Source: Candidatus Aminicenantes bacterium | GTDB taxonomy: Bacteria > Acidobacteriota > Aminicenantia > Aminicenantales > CALLJL01 | Length of the DNA stretch: 62,704 nucleotides | Reading direction: 5' to 3' | Assembly: GCA_037441905.1 (NCBI GenBank) | Contig: JBBIRF010000012.1 | Location: 1-62,704, forward strand | Part shown: in pieces, positions 17,336 through 26,903 of the stretch | How the letters are laid out: each line of letters begins with the position of its first letter | How positions within the stretch are numbered: the stretch's first letter is position 1 | Translations under genes and position numbers: made by a program | Notes under the pieces: generated by a model | Database searches by the model: none | Seen by the model: the letters and a program-made list of their open reading frames with translations, nothing else | What the model was told of the DNA's origin: nothing

Positions 17336-19129
17336 TTAAAGGCCGCCATACTTTTTGACGAGATTATCATATTCAGCTTTGCGGCGGGCCATGATTTCCT
17401 GGAATTTCGGGTCCTGGCGGAGTGAATCAAGATATGAGTTATGCAGGAGGTCAAGGTAAGTATATTTTAAGTATTCGTTCTTGTTTGGTTTCTGGAGTGC
17501 CTCCAGCGCCTCATCCCTCATTCCGAGCAGAGCATAGACCTCAGGAGAACGGTCCAGAGCCAGAGCTGTCTCTTTCTTCCCCATAGCCGCATAAAGCATC
17601 GCCCGGTAAGGTACAAGTTCTGGAGACTTTAAGACAGGTAAAATAGAGTCAGATCGGTCGAGCAAAGCCTTTGCCTCCTCAAACCGTCCCTGATGGATTA
17701 ATAAGTTGGCATAAGTAATTATGTAAACAGCACGATGAGGCATGAAATCTATGACCTTCTTTAGACAAGCTTCAGCACAATCCAGGTCCCCAACTGAAAG
17801 ACAAATTCCGCCTATGTTTCCTTCTGCCAGAATAAATCCAGGCGACAGCTCAAGCACCTTCCGATAGAATTTGACAGCCTGAGGATAGAGCCCAAGACCA
17901 GAGTAATACAATCCAATAACGTGGAGGACCTCCATCATATTCGGGTTCAACTCCAGAGCGCGCCTGAAACAAGAAAAAGCTTTGTCTAAGTCGCCACTTT
18001 CGAAATAGTAATAGCCTCCCGCAGCTTGTCCCTCTGCGGTCTCAGGAGATTGCTCATAAGCTTTCCGGCAGTAGTCCATCACCTGAGCTGGAAGTCCAGG
18101 CTTTCCTGTATAGCTGAAGTATATATTATAGACCCAGGCCAGGCCGGCATAAGCTCTACCGTATCCCGGGTCGAGTTCTAGGGCTTTCTCGTACATCTCC
18201 AAAGCGTTCTCAAAGTCCTGTTCCTGTCCCGTCTGGGCGTAAGCTGAGCTTGAAATAGCCAATCCTCTCAGAAAATACTCATAAGCCAGGAAGCTCTGAG
18301 GACGCCCGGTCTTAAGAGAATCGGCAGCCCCGGAGGCCAGCTTCAGCTTAAGTGAATCAATGATGGAGAGCGATATCTCGTCCTGAACATCAAAAATTTT
18401 CTCAACTTCTCGGTCATAGAGGTCAGCCCAGATATGACCACCGCTGGCTGCATCAATGAGCTGGGCATTAACCCTGATTCTGTTTCCGACCCTCTGGACA
18501 CTGCCTTCCAGGATACATTTGACGCCGAGCTCCTGAGCAATCTCCTTTACGGATTTTCGGCCATCTTTATAAGGTAGCATGGCGTATCTGGCTATAACTT
18601 TGAGCCTTGGGTCGAGCTTGGTCAATTTCGTTCTGATGTCCTCCGCCATGCCCTCACAGAAATAATCCTGGTCCTTGGCCTGGCTGAGGTCAGCAAACGG
18701 CATGACCGCGATAGAATTCAACCAGGTGCCCGGTTCGGGTCCGGGAACACTCTCCTGCCCAATTTTCAGGACAAGCCAAACATCCAAAGTTAAAGTAGCA
18801 ATGGCCAGCAACGGGATGATAATCAGTTCAGGTTTAATCTTTTGAGGCTTTGGCTCTCTGCTCTTCAACCATCGCCAGGTAAGCGTTATCAAGAGTAAGC
18901 CGACGATAGTCACGAAAGCTATGTCCAGTAAAATTTCGGGTAGATGATAATGGTCGATTAGTATCCAGTGAATAAACTCAAGAATAAGCCAGCCGGCGCC
19001 GATGAAGGCTGCCAGGGTCTGAACTATTTTGCGACGATGAATCTCCCGGAGAAAACGACCCAGTCTGGTCCGGGGAACCATATCTTTTCGGCTGGCGGGG
19101 CCAGCTTTTTTTACCTTAAACTCCGACAT
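17336..19129 (-). CDS. Membrane-anchored TolB-N/FlgO-like plus TPR protein
   Basis: 3 N-terminal TM helices, SIAVMPFADLS..DQDYFCEGMAEDI, LEGSVQRVGNRIRVNAQLIDA, multiple TPRs, LRQDPKFQEIM end. Confidence 0.85.
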   Translation of the reverse strand: MSEFKVKKAGPASRKDMVPRTRLGRFLREIHRRKIVQTLAAFIGAGWLILEFIHWILIDHYHLPEILLDIAFVTIVGLLLITLTWRWLKSREPKPQKIKPELIIIPLLAIATLTLDVWLVLKIGQESVPGPEPGTWLNSIAVMPFADLSQAKDQDYFCEGMAEDIRTKLTKLDPRLKVIARYAMLPYKDGRKSVKEIAQELGVKCILEGSVQRVGNRIRVNAQLIDAASGGHIWADLYDREVEKIFDVQDEISLSIIDSLKLKLASGAADSLKTGRPQSFLAYEYFLRGLAISSSAYAQTGQEQDFENALEMYEKALELDPGYGRAYAGLAWVYNIYFSYTGKPGLPAQVMDYCRKAYEQSPETAEGQAAGGYYYFESGDLDKAFSCFRRALELNPNMMEVLHVIGLYYSGLGLYPQAVKFYRKVLELSPGFILAEGNIGGICLSVGDLDCAEACLKKVIDFMPHRAVYIITYANLLIHQGRFEEAKALLDRSDSILPVLKSPELVPYRAMLYAAMGKKETALALDRSPEVYALLGMRDEALEALQKPNKNEYLKYTYLDLLHNSYLDSLRQDPKFQEIMARRKAEYDNLVKKYGGL

Positions 19130-19621
19130 AACTGCTCTCCGGACAAAAGCGGTATAATCTGTGTTTCAAAGCAAGCTTAAATTGTCAGTGACCAGGTTTA
19201 TGCAATCCAGCGCGGAGCGGCCTCCTTTCAGCCATTGTCTTTTCTTTAGAAGAAGCTATAAATCCCTCTTTTCTCATGAGAGTAGGCTTTATTATCCCCT
19301 CCACTCCCAGCTTATTTTATAAATTTGGAAATCATAATGTCAATCAGGAAAAAACCAGACAAAATAAATGATATATACCATACCAGGCTGTCCCTAAGAA
19401 GAAAGAATTTAATTCAAGAAAGCCCGTCGTTTTTGAAAAAAGCGGCAACGTTATCCCATTAGACAGAGAGGTTTCTTTAACAGTCGAGCTCATTTCAAAA
19501 TCCGCACGCTACTCTTATAATCCTTTTGTTTATTATAGGGATGAGATTAGGGGGGGCCCCAAAAGCCTATCTGACGGTTGTTGTCCAATTCTTTGAATAC
19601 AAAAAGGGTTCTTCTAAGTTT

Positions 19622-19706
19622 TTCGCCGACAGACCCCCCACCCCCATAGCTCACTTACCAGGAACTCTTAATGGCCGCTGAGACCTCGGCCGAATATTTT
19701 TCATGA
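19622..19706 (+). pseudogene. Relic of the extreme C-terminus of an IS91/ISCR-like transposase
   Basis: FADR, then a frameshift, then PPPP*LTYQELLMAAETSAEYFS*. The Pro-rich tail lies about 200 nt upstream of an oriIS-like end, as in ISCR elements. Confidence 0.5.
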
Positions 19707-19829
19707 TTCTTTGACGACCCGGGAGGAGAGCGTCGGCTGATTTCCGGCAGTTTTAAGCTCCCCAGCAGCTTTTAGGCCTCCCATGAACAATTCCCAACTG
19801 AATTTGACATCTCATATTTCTCGATTAAT

Positions 19830-19910
19830 GATCTTCCAGGACGACCGGAGGGGCAAACGGTCACAAAAAGGCTCGGTCCCTCAGCGTAGCCAAAAACGAA
19901 ATTATTATCC
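19830..19910 (+). mobile_element. oriIS-like end (left arm of an inverted pair)
   Basis: Core 19882-19910 CAGCGTAGCCAAAAACGAAATTATTATCC matches the reverse complement of 22206-22234 at 23/29 positions and resembles the ISCR ...GAA(A/T)TTCCTAT(C/A)C terminus. Confidence 0.6.
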
Positions 19911-20205
19911 TTAAAAAGCTCGGGAGTTGCTTCTCAATCTGACCAGATGTCTGGAAGCTTCAGATGATGCGGCCATGAATGATTGGGGAAGGACACTTCG
20001 AAGATGGCAGCAGTATATACTCAACTACTTTGACCATAGAACCACTAATGCCAACACCGAGGGGGCTCATACAAAAATGAAGCTTATCAAAAGGATGAGT
20101 TACGGGTATAGAAACGTCGAAGTCTACATTAAAAAAGTCCTCTTGGCTTTCCTCCCCGCCACAATCATCCCCTTAATTATTTACCACACTTTTTACGGAT
20201 GAGCC
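19911..20205 (+). mobile_element. Truncated ISL3-family element: transposase C-terminus plus right end
   Basis: WQQYILNYFDHRTTNANTEGAHTKMKLIKRMSYGYRN (ISL3 C-terminal motif); ends CCACACTTTTTACGGATGAGCC, the reverse complement of a GGCTC-type ISL3 terminus; 5' part missing. Confidence 0.85.
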
Positions 20206-20240
20206 GTTTGAAGAACTGATCCTTCTTCTCCACCATTTTC

Positions 20241-20268
20241 TTGACACCACCCTTTGGATTCGTAAAAT
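20241..20268 (+). promoter_or_regulatory. Putative sigma70 promoter for the GH53-like gene
   Basis: TTGACA-N16-TAAAAT. Confidence 0.5.
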
Positions 20269-20317
20269 TGATAATGGAAAAATTCAAGTTAAAATATTTA
20301 TTATAAGGACGAATTTA

Positions 20318-21931
20318 GTGATCAAAAACAAAGTTAACCCAAAGTTACAAGTTGGGTTAATTATCTATCTGGCTTTCTTGTCCGTTTTTCTTTGTGTTTG
20401 GATGCCCGTTGGTTCCTTAAGTGAAGTGCGCATCCCACAGCAAAAAGGACCGCTAGCCAAATCGATCAAAATTGCTACGCCCACAGTCACTTCTATGTCT
20501 CCAAGATCAGTTTCCCCTAAACTTTCAGAGGATTATTACATTGGAGGGATGATCTGTGACTACCTTGCAAAGCGCACTTGGGGTGTATTCTGGAAACAAC
20601 TTGATCCAGTAAAAGCACTTTATGAACACGGTTTTGAAAGAGTTCGGGTTCAAGTAACAACTGTTAGCAGTTCAGATCTAAGAAATACGCATCCATCGCA
20701 ATGGCATATCTTGCCGTGGAAAAATGAATATTGGTCGTGTCAAGAATATGCAGAACAAATTTTAAAAGAAGCATCAGATGCGGGCATGAAACTGAGTTTA
20801 GTCCTCCTCCTAAGCAATGAAGCCGCATATGCATGGAGACAAAACGCTCCACCTGAGTGGCAAAATTTAGATGTTGAAAACCTATCAATCGCCCTAGAAC
20901 AGTATTGTTTTAAAGTTGCAAAATATTTCAAAGATAGAGGATTAGATATTGATATCTATGAAATTGGTAATGAGATTGAATGGGGGATATTGAATTTTTT
21001 GCCTGGACAAAAGATTATCCTTCCTCCTGGTGTTGATGTCACAAGAGATATAGAATATATGAGAAACAAAGTTTGGAATATTGAAGCTGTTCTTCTAAAA
21101 GCGGCAATAAAAGGAGTTAAAATAGCAGATCCGGAAGCAAAAATAGTATTGCATATTAACACTTTGGGATATAACCGCGAAAATTATATAACTAAGGGTT
21201 TTTTTGAAGCAATGGTTAATAATGGAGTCGATTTCGATTATGCTGGTTTGAGTTATCCCTATATTTTTTACTACGAAGTTCCGCAACCATATTTTAAGAG
21301 TTCGGAACTTCAAGATGTAATTAATACTATTTCTTCTCTTGGAAAAAAAATTATTTTTTGCGAATTTAGCTATCCTAACAGTTCTTTCGGGATAGAAAAG
21401 GCAATTCCCGTTCCTGGATATCCTTTCACACCTGAAGGACAATCGCTTTGGCTCAAGGATTTTCTTTTTTACTGCCAAAATAATCCAAATATTATTGGCT
21501 TCTATTATTTCTATCCCGAATACTTTCAGGGGATGGCTAATGGAAAAGCTCCAGAACTAGAATCATCAGGCCTGTTTAAAAGCGACACGCAAATTCAACC
21601 AGCGATGGAAGAATTTCTTCTTATTCAGCCTGTTCTCCCACCAACTAATGTGAAAATTACAAGATTAACAAATGATTTCATTTTCTTCAGGGAATATATA
21701 AACAGAATAAGTTGGCAACGTGATCCAAGAGAAAAAAGCAAAATTATAAAATACCGTATACATTACAAAGTGAAAGGGAGTAACAACAAATATATATTGT
21801 TGACGGAGGTTAATGGCACGGATTTCGTTTATCATCATAGAGGCTTGAAAAGTGATCAATTTTTTAGCTATAGGATTACTGCTGTTGACGACCTTAATAA
21901 CGAAAGTTTAGCTGTTACTGTCAGCAATTGA
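20318..21931 (+). CDS. GH53-like (clan GH-A, endo-beta-1,4-galactanase-like) secreted glycoside hydrolase with a C-terminal fibronectin III-like domain
   Basis: Signal/TM segment, QNAPPEW, YEIGNEI (acid/base), GLSYPY, IIFCEFSYP (nucleophile), GYPFTPEGQ; tail PPTNV...YRITAVDDLNNES; markedly AT-rich. Confidence 0.75.
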   Translation: MIKNKVNPKLQVGLIIYLAFLSVFLCVWMPVGSLSEVRIPQQKGPLAKSIKIATPTVTSMSPRSVSPKLSEDYYIGGMICDYLAKRTWGVFWKQLDPVKALYEHGFERVRVQVTTVSSSDLRNTHPSQWHILPWKNEYWSCQEYAEQILKEASDAGMKLSLVLLLSNEAAYAWRQNAPPEWQNLDVENLSIALEQYCFKVAKYFKDRGLDIDIYEIGNEIEWGILNFLPGQKIILPPGVDVTRDIEYMRNKVWNIEAVLLKAAIKGVKIADPEAKIVLHINTLGYNRENYITKGFFEAMVNNGVDFDYAGLSYPYIFYYEVPQPYFKSSELQDVINTISSLGKKIIFCEFSYPNSSFGIEKAIPVPGYPFTPEGQSLWLKDFLFYCQNNPNIIGFYYFYPEYFQGMANGKAPELESSGLFKSDTQIQPAMEEFLLIQPVLPPTNVKITRLTNDFIFFREYINRISWQRDPREKSKIIKYRIHYKVKGSNNKYILLTEVNGTDFVYHHRGLKSDQFFSYRITAVDDLNNESLAVTVSN

Positions 21932-22205
21932 ATGAATTATTGATAAAATAAATAATTTCTAATGCAATCCTCCTTGCAAGGATTGAATTGGAGAGAGATA
22001 TCTTCTAATGGAAGTTTTCTGCTGCTTGCTCCAAAATTGAAACAAACTCTGTTTTTACAATAGCTTCGATCCTGTTAGATCAAAATTCAATGTCCCGGAA
22101 ACAAAAACAAGGGAAAAAGAAATAGGGGGCAGGTCTTCAAACTTGACACAAAATTACAGGCATGAAATGCGCAAAAACTTTAGAGTCAAAGCTGAAAAGT
22201 AAAAT

Positions 22206-22290
22206 GGATAAGAAATTCTTTTTCTGCTGCGCTGGCCAAGCGACCTCTCGCGCCCCGATTTTTTCCTCCTCCTCTGCTTGGAAATCGATC
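22206..22290 (-). mobile_element. oriIS-like end (right arm, inverted relative to 19830-19910)
   Basis: Minus strand ...GATTTCCAAGCAGAGGAGGAGGAAAAAATCGG...CAGCGCAGCAGAAAAAGAATTTCTTATCC; looser similarity to the left arm extends about 80 nt. Confidence 0.6.
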
Positions 22291-22339
22291 CTTTCCCTCA
22301 AGCGCCTCTCCCTCGATGAAAAGCAAGCGAAACTCTGCT

Positions 22340-22402
22340 AGCGGCGGCACGATGAAGGCCATCTCTTTCCTCACCGACTATGCCGTGGTCGACAAGATCA
22401 TC
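22340..22402 (+). pseudogene. Relic of the IS91/ISCR-like transposase C-terminal segment
   Basis: SGGTMKAISFLTDYAVVDKII resembles the CGGxMK(I/V)IAxIxDxxVIxKIL segment of IS91/ISCR transposases. Confidence 0.55.
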
Positions 22403-22697
22403 ATTTCTTCCACTTATCTTAACCGCTGCCCGAATTTGTCAGCACTGATATAAGCCGAAATGCCCTTACGCCGCGGCCCCCGCAGAATGCGGTTTATTTT
22501 CCGGGCAGATAAACCATTAATGCATCGAACTCCATTTCGCCCTGGATGTCAAACGCTTTCTTCGTTCGCGCTCTCGATAAGCCAACCTTAATATCGATTA
22601 AAAAAATTCTTTAGTTAATCGCGAAAATGGCATATGCTTTCTAAACAATGGACTTAGTTTCGTTCTTAGACAACAAAATAAAACTAAGGAGGCAAAA

Positions 22698-24431
22698 ATG
22701 CGTTCCGGTAAAACCAGGCGTTTTCCCGCGGTTCTCCTCGTCCTTAACATTGTTTTTTGTTTCTCTTTCTTCTCGATAGAGCCGGCCGAGGCCAAACAAC
22801 AATTACCAGAACAACTGACCGCTGTTTCGGCAACCGTAAGTTTGCCTGTGTATACCGCTCGCCAGGCCCGTCTTCTCGAGAACTGCCGCGATGGGATTGC
22901 CATCATCCCCTCGCAGTATCAAACCAGACAAGGCTTGAGAACAAACCTCAACTTTGTCTACCTCACCGGTTTGCAGGCCACAGAGGCGGTCTTAGTTCTC
23001 GACCCGGGTCAAACCCCTCACGTGATTCTTTTTTGGCGGCAACCTACTGGCCCAAGAGGATCGGTTGGCGGTAGCCCGACCGCTGACCGAAAAGAGAACA
23101 CCGAGCTATTTTTGGGAAATTTTGACCAACTCTCGACCAAGACCAAAAATCAGGTCAAGACTCATTTCGAGACACAGACACAGACACAGACACAGACTCA
23201 GACTCAGACTCCTATTCAAAGTCGATTTCATTTAGTGCCAGAAGAATTGACACAGCTCCAACCTCAACTTCAAACTCAAACTCTGGTGCCCACCCTAACT
23301 CTGGCTCAAAATCCCTCTGAATCGCAGGTTAATCAGGGAAAAAAAGAGCCGCCGACCGGGGTTGAGCCAGCCGTCCTTATTAAACCTATCGAGCAGCTGA
23401 CTCCTTTCTTGCGAGCCATGTCCGGACGAACGCGGCGGGTCTATCTTTCTTTCTCCGACCTGGATTTCCTCTCGCGCAGCTTCGGGTTCGCCTATCCCTT
23501 TCCCCAGTCTGAAGCCATTATCAACCTCGACCCTTTTCTCGCGGAAATGCGGCTGACCAAGGATGAAACTGAAGTCCAGGCGCTCAGAGAGGCAATTAAC
23601 ATCACCGTTGAGGCCCTGAACGAGACTTTCCGCGCTACAGAGCCGGGAATGAAGGAAATCGATTTGGCCGCTATCCTGAAGTATATTTTTAATCGCCGGG
23701 ACACTCGGGAATCATTTCTTCAGGCCGCCTCAGGTCCTAACTCGACCAACGTCCACTTCGGCGCCACCACCAGGGTTATTCAGCCGGGAGACATGATTGT
23801 TATCGACGTTGGTGCATATTTCCAAGGATATACCTCAGACATAACCAGGACCATTCCCGCAAGCGGCCGTTTTACCAGGGAACAAAGAGCTATCTACGAA
23901 CTCGTCCTTGCGGCCCAGAAAGAGGGGTGCCGTCGGCTTCAAGCCGGCGTCACCTTTAAGGCTGTCCAGGATGAAGTCGAAAAAATCCTTCTCTCCGGCC
24001 TGGAAAAGCTTGGTCTCGTTACTGATGTCAATAGCTGGTGGCAGCGCCGCCTCTACATTCAGCACGGGTTCGGTCACGGAATCGGCCTGGATGTCCACGA
24101 TTCATGGAGCTGGCATGGCCCGCGCCTGGATAAAGTAGTTATGGCCCCGGGAATGGTGATGACCATGGAACCGGGGCTTTATTTCCCCGAAAAACGGCTG
24201 GAATCGTTCCTGGCCTCGCTCGAAGGAAAAGTGCCGAAAGAAGAGCTGGCCGCTTTTATGGCTAAGGTAGGGCCGGTCTATGCCCGGTATGCAGGCATGG
24301 GCGTACGGATTGAAGACGATATCCTTATCACGGCGGGGGGAAATGAAATCCTGTCGGCCGGCGTGCCCAAAGAGGTAGCGGATATCGAAAAAATCATGCG
24401 GGAAAAAAGCCCGCACAACTCGCTGAAATAG
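22698..24431 (+). CDS. Xaa-Pro aminopeptidase (M24B) family, exported, with a low-complexity insertion
   Basis: Signal peptide; metal ligands VIDVGA, SDITRT, HGFGHGIGLDVHD, TMEPG, RIEDD. Confidence 0.9.
   Translation: MRSGKTRRFPAVLLVLNIVFCFSFFSIEPAEAKQQLPEQLTAVSATVSLPVYTARQARLLENCRDGIAIIPSQYQTRQGLRTNLNFVYLTGLQATEAVLVLDPGQTPHVILFWRQPTGPRGSVGGSPTADRKENTELFLGNFDQLSTKTKNQVKTHFETQTQTQTQTQTQTPIQSRFHLVPEELTQLQPQLQTQTLVPTLTLAQNPSESQVNQGKKEPPTGVEPAVLIKPIEQLTPFLRAMSGRTRRVYLSFSDLDFLSRSFGFAYPFPQSEAIINLDPFLAEMRLTKDETEVQALREAINITVEALNETFRATEPGMKEIDLAAILKYIFNRRDTRESFLQAASGPNSTNVHFGATTRVIQPGDMIVIDVGAYFQGYTSDITRTIPASGRFTREQRAIYELVLAAQKEGCRRLQAGVTFKAVQDEVEKILLSGLEKLGLVTDVNSWWQRRLYIQHGFGHGIGLDVHDSWSWHGPRLDKVVMAPGMVMTMEPGLYFPEKRLESFLASLEGKVPKEELAAFMAKVGPVYARYAGMGVRIEDDILITAGGNEILSAGVPKEVADIEKIMREKSPHNSLK
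23172..23210 (+). repeat. In-frame hexanucleotide tandem repeat (ACACAG)4(ACTCAG)2ACT encoding (TQ)6T
   Basis: Read directly from the sequence. Confidence 0.95.
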
Positions 24432-24486
24432 CCAGGGCAAGCAAAAGAAAAAGAAATTTAAGAAAATAATTTTTTAGGAGGCAAAA

Positions 24487-26859
24487 ATGGCACAGCTCAA
24501 GTCAGCACTCTACGAAGGTAATTCAATCAAGGTTAAAAGACCTTCGAGTCCAAGATGTTTTTTTAGACTTTTGATTGTTAGACCTGTAATACTTAAACGT
24601 TTGTTCATGGCCGCTTTTCTCGTCGGCTCCTTCTCGCTTCTGTGGTTTTGCGGCCAGCCGACGAGACCGTCAGCCGAAGAAAACACCTCCCTCCTGACCC
24701 TCGAGAGAATTTTCTCCTCAGACGAGTTCGCTGAAGAAAGGTTGGGGACACCTCGGTGGCTCAAAGATGGGTCGGGGTATACAATGCTCGAGCCTTCAGC
24801 TATTGTACCTGGAGCCCGGGATATTGTAGTCTATGAACCTTCAGGCGAGAGGCGGATTCTCGTTACGGCCTCTTCTCTTATTCCTCCAGGAGCCCAGGCC
24901 CCTCTTAGGGTCGATAACTATGATCTTTCCGCCGATGGCGGTAAGGTTTTGATTCTGACGAATTCAAGACGAGAGTTTCATAAGACTTTTGGTGATTACT
25001 GGGTAATAAGCCTCAGCGACCCTCGCGAGAAACGCCAACTCGGCCGGAGTTTTGAACCCTCTTCCCTTCTCAACGCTACCTTTTCCCCCGACGGAAAGAA
25101 GGTAGCCTATGCTTATAAAAACAATATTTATGTCGAAGACCTGGCTAAGCAGGAGATAGTGGCTCTAACCAAAGACGGGTCCGCCGATATCATCAACGGG
25201 ACTTTTGACTATGTTTATGAAGAAGAGTTCTTCACCACCCACGGATTCCGCTGGAGTCCGGATAGCCAGCTAATCGCTTACTGGCAACTGAATACGGAAA
25301 AAGTCCCGGTGTTTTCGCTAATTAATAACACTGATTCGCTTTACCCGCAAATAATCACCTTCAAATTCTCCAAGCCTGGCCAGCCGAACGCTACCGAACG
25401 CATTGGTGTCGTCAGAGTTACAGGCGGCCAAACCCGCTGGTTCGACGTCCCCGGCGACCCGGCCAATAACTACATTGTCCAGCTCGACTGGGCGGCTAAC
25501 TCGCAAGAAATCGTCTTCCAGCACTTCAACCGGCGGCAAAACCGGAACGAACTCATGTTGGGAGAAGTTTATTCGGGAAAAGTGAGCCCAATCCTGGTTG
25601 AAACCGACTCTGCCTGGGTCGAAACCGTGACCAGTTTGCGCTGGCTTGCTTCTGGCAACTACTTTCTCTGGTTGAGTGAAAGAGACGGTTGGCGTCATGC
25701 TTACCTCGTCTCCCGGGACGGCCGGGAAATAAAACTCATTACTCCCGGCGATTTTGACGTCGAAAGCATCGAAGGTGTAGACGAGAAGACCGGATGGGTA
25801 TATTACATCGCCTCGCCTGATAACCCAACTCAGCGTTATCTCTTCCGGGCCCGGCTCGACGGAAGCGGGGAAATTCAGAGAGTGACGCCGGCTGACCTCA
25901 GCGGGACCAATACTTACAACATATCTCCAGATGCCAGATGGGCTTTCCATACCTATTCCAACTTCGAGACCCCTCCGCTAACCAACCTGATTGAGGTCGA
26001 GGGGCACCGAGTTGTTCGTTCCCTGGCCTCGAACGCCAAACTTAAAGAAAAGCTCGCCGCGCTAAAGCGAGGGCCGGTTGAGTTTTTCCGGCTGGATATA
26101 GGCGATGGAGTCCTTCTCGATGCCTGGTCGATGAAACCCCCTGACTTCAACCCCAGGAAGCGTTATCCCGTCATCTTCTACGTCTACGGTGAACCATGGG
26201 GCTCCACTGTCAGGGACATGTGGGGAGGCAGCCGGTACCTCTGGCATCTAATGCTTACCCAGCAGGGATATGTTGTCATGAGTGTCGACAACCGCGGGAC
26301 GAGAGTTCCCCGCGGCCGCGCCTGGAGAAAAATTATTTATGGAGAGGTAGGCATCTTAGCTTCGGCAGACCAGGCGGCAGCTGTCCGGGCCATCGCCAAA
26401 CGCTGGGCTTGGGTTGACCCGGAAAGAGTGGGCATCTGGGGAGCCAGTGGCGGCGGCGCCATGACCCTGAACGCCATGTTCAGGTATCCGGAAATCTACC
26501 GTACCGGGATAGCTCTGGCCGCGCCCGCGGACCAGAGGTTGTATAACTCAATTTATCAAGAAAGATACATGGGCCTGCCCGAGGATAATCCTGACGGTTA
26601 CAAGAATGGCTCGCCAGTTAGCTGGGCTCACCAGCTTCAGGGAAACCTACTGATAATTCACGGGACAGGCGACGATAACGTTCATTACCAAAATATGGAA
26701 GTTCTGGTAAACGAGCTCATCAAGCACAACAAGGCTTTCACGATGATGGTCTACCCCAACCGCCGCCATGGAATAAGCGAGGGGCCAAACACCAACCGCC
26801 ACAAGTTTGAACTGATGACCCGATTCTTTAAAGAAAACCTGGCTCCTGGGCCGAGATAA
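24487..26859 (+). CDS. Dipeptidyl peptidase IV (S9B) family
   Basis: NGTFDYVYEEE, WSPD, GIWGASGGG (Ser), HGTGDDNVH (Asp), RRHGI (His). Confidence 0.95.
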   Translation: MAQLKSALYEGNSIKVKRPSSPRCFFRLLIVRPVILKRLFMAAFLVGSFSLLWFCGQPTRPSAEENTSLLTLERIFSSDEFAEERLGTPRWLKDGSGYTMLEPSAIVPGARDIVVYEPSGERRILVTASSLIPPGAQAPLRVDNYDLSADGGKVLILTNSRREFHKTFGDYWVISLSDPREKRQLGRSFEPSSLLNATFSPDGKKVAYAYKNNIYVEDLAKQEIVALTKDGSADIINGTFDYVYEEEFFTTHGFRWSPDSQLIAYWQLNTEKVPVFSLINNTDSLYPQIITFKFSKPGQPNATERIGVVRVTGGQTRWFDVPGDPANNYIVQLDWAANSQEIVFQHFNRRQNRNELMLGEVYSGKVSPILVETDSAWVETVTSLRWLASGNYFLWLSERDGWRHAYLVSRDGREIKLITPGDFDVESIEGVDEKTGWVYYIASPDNPTQRYLFRARLDGSGEIQRVTPADLSGTNTYNISPDARWAFHTYSNFETPPLTNLIEVEGHRVVRSLASNAKLKEKLAALKRGPVEFFRLDIGDGVLLDAWSMKPPDFNPRKRYPVIFYVYGEPWGSTVRDMWGGSRYLWHLMLTQQGYVVMSVDNRGTRVPRGRAWRKIIYGEVGILASADQAAAVRAIAKRWAWVDPERVGIWGASGGGAMTLNAMFRYPEIYRTGIALAAPADQRLYNSIYQERYMGLPEDNPDGYKNGSPVSWAHQLQGNLLIIHGTGDDNVHYQNMEVLVNELIKHNKAFTMMVYPNRRHGISEGPNTNRHKFELMTRFFKENLAPGPR

Positions 26860-26903
26860 TCACATGAACAATGGCGGGAAAACCAAAGCCATCAGGTAAA
26901 AAA

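Noticed and set aside
19405-19495. Minus-strand MSSTVKETSLSNGITL..., reminiscent of an M16 peptidase start
   Set aside because: Too short, stops after about 27 codons, and has no further motif support
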